The notes beneath the pieces are model-generated. The model saw only the letters and a program-made list of their open reading frames with translations. It was not told the DNA's origin and did no database searches. DNA of 63,579 nucleotides, counting the filler, from Octopus bimaculoides (Eukaryota), in assembly GCF_001194135.2 (NCBI RefSeq). It is 4 parts of 4 records of this genome, joined end to end, with 100 filler letters (N's around TTAATTAATTAA, not from the genome) between each part and the next. Parts side by side here need not be neighbours in the genome. Positions count along the whole stretch, not along the records: positions 40,058 to 63,579 come from NC_068988.1; 3 more parts are not named here. One strand, 5' to 3'. Position numbers and translations under genes: made by a program. Of the stretch, positions 63,170-63,579 are shown piece by piece (within the stretch, counting starts at the first letter, position 1; each line of letters begins with the position of its first letter).

Positions 63170-63579
63170 CATATATATACAACAACGATCAAACGCATTT
63201 TAGATGCGACATTCTTAATCAAATTTATCACAAATAATATATTTGAAATAAAACATGGGGCGATTTCAAATAGATTCGGCTACACTCGCTCATCACTCGA
63301 GCAGATGACATAGGTGCATCAATGTCGGCTCAAATCTTCCGCGTTAACTTCCTTCCCTGCGTTGAATTACAGTCTTATTATACAAGTTGCTTTTGTTTTC
63401 TTCTCTACCATCTTGTCTTCATTGAAGTTGTCCTCGTTATATTTTTTTTTATCATATTTCATCCGTGTAATTATATATAAATTTAATTTCACATACTTCA
63501 ATCAACTTGGAAATCCTCTTACAACTTACAATGACATATTGTTTGATTATATGATTTCTTGTTCTATTCCACTCTTTTT

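Noticed and set aside
1-63579. CRISPR arrays, rRNA genes and prokaryotic operons
   Set aside because: There is no repeat-spacer array or rRNA-like sequence; the window is eukaryotic repeat-rich DNA.

Overview
AT-rich, microsatellite-dense eukaryotic sequence from a gapped draft scaffold. The repeat families look like those of an octopod cephalopod (inference from recalled SINE families, not a database hit). I found no convincing host protein-coding exon; most called ORFs are simple-repeat or N-run artefacts, so the window is probably intronic or intergenic. Content: about 40 copies of four tRNA-derived SINE families; LINE relics (L1/Tx1 RT, two RTE, one R4/Dong-like RLE); six Tc1/mariner-superfamily relics; hAT relics; and many microsatellites. 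The main signal is a set of short modules from several unrelated families that carry minimal type-I hammerhead ribozyme (HHR) motifs of the kind known from Penelope-like element (PLE) pseudo-LTRs. One is intact (19646-19685, minus), several form divergent inverted pairs, one family shows compensatory stem changes, and two families show a variant CCGACGA core. Nearly all abut (TA)n or (TACA)n tracts. With a Tx1-like element joined to (GATA)n and a Dong-like element ending in (TAA)n, this suggests a community of microsatellite-targeting retroelements.
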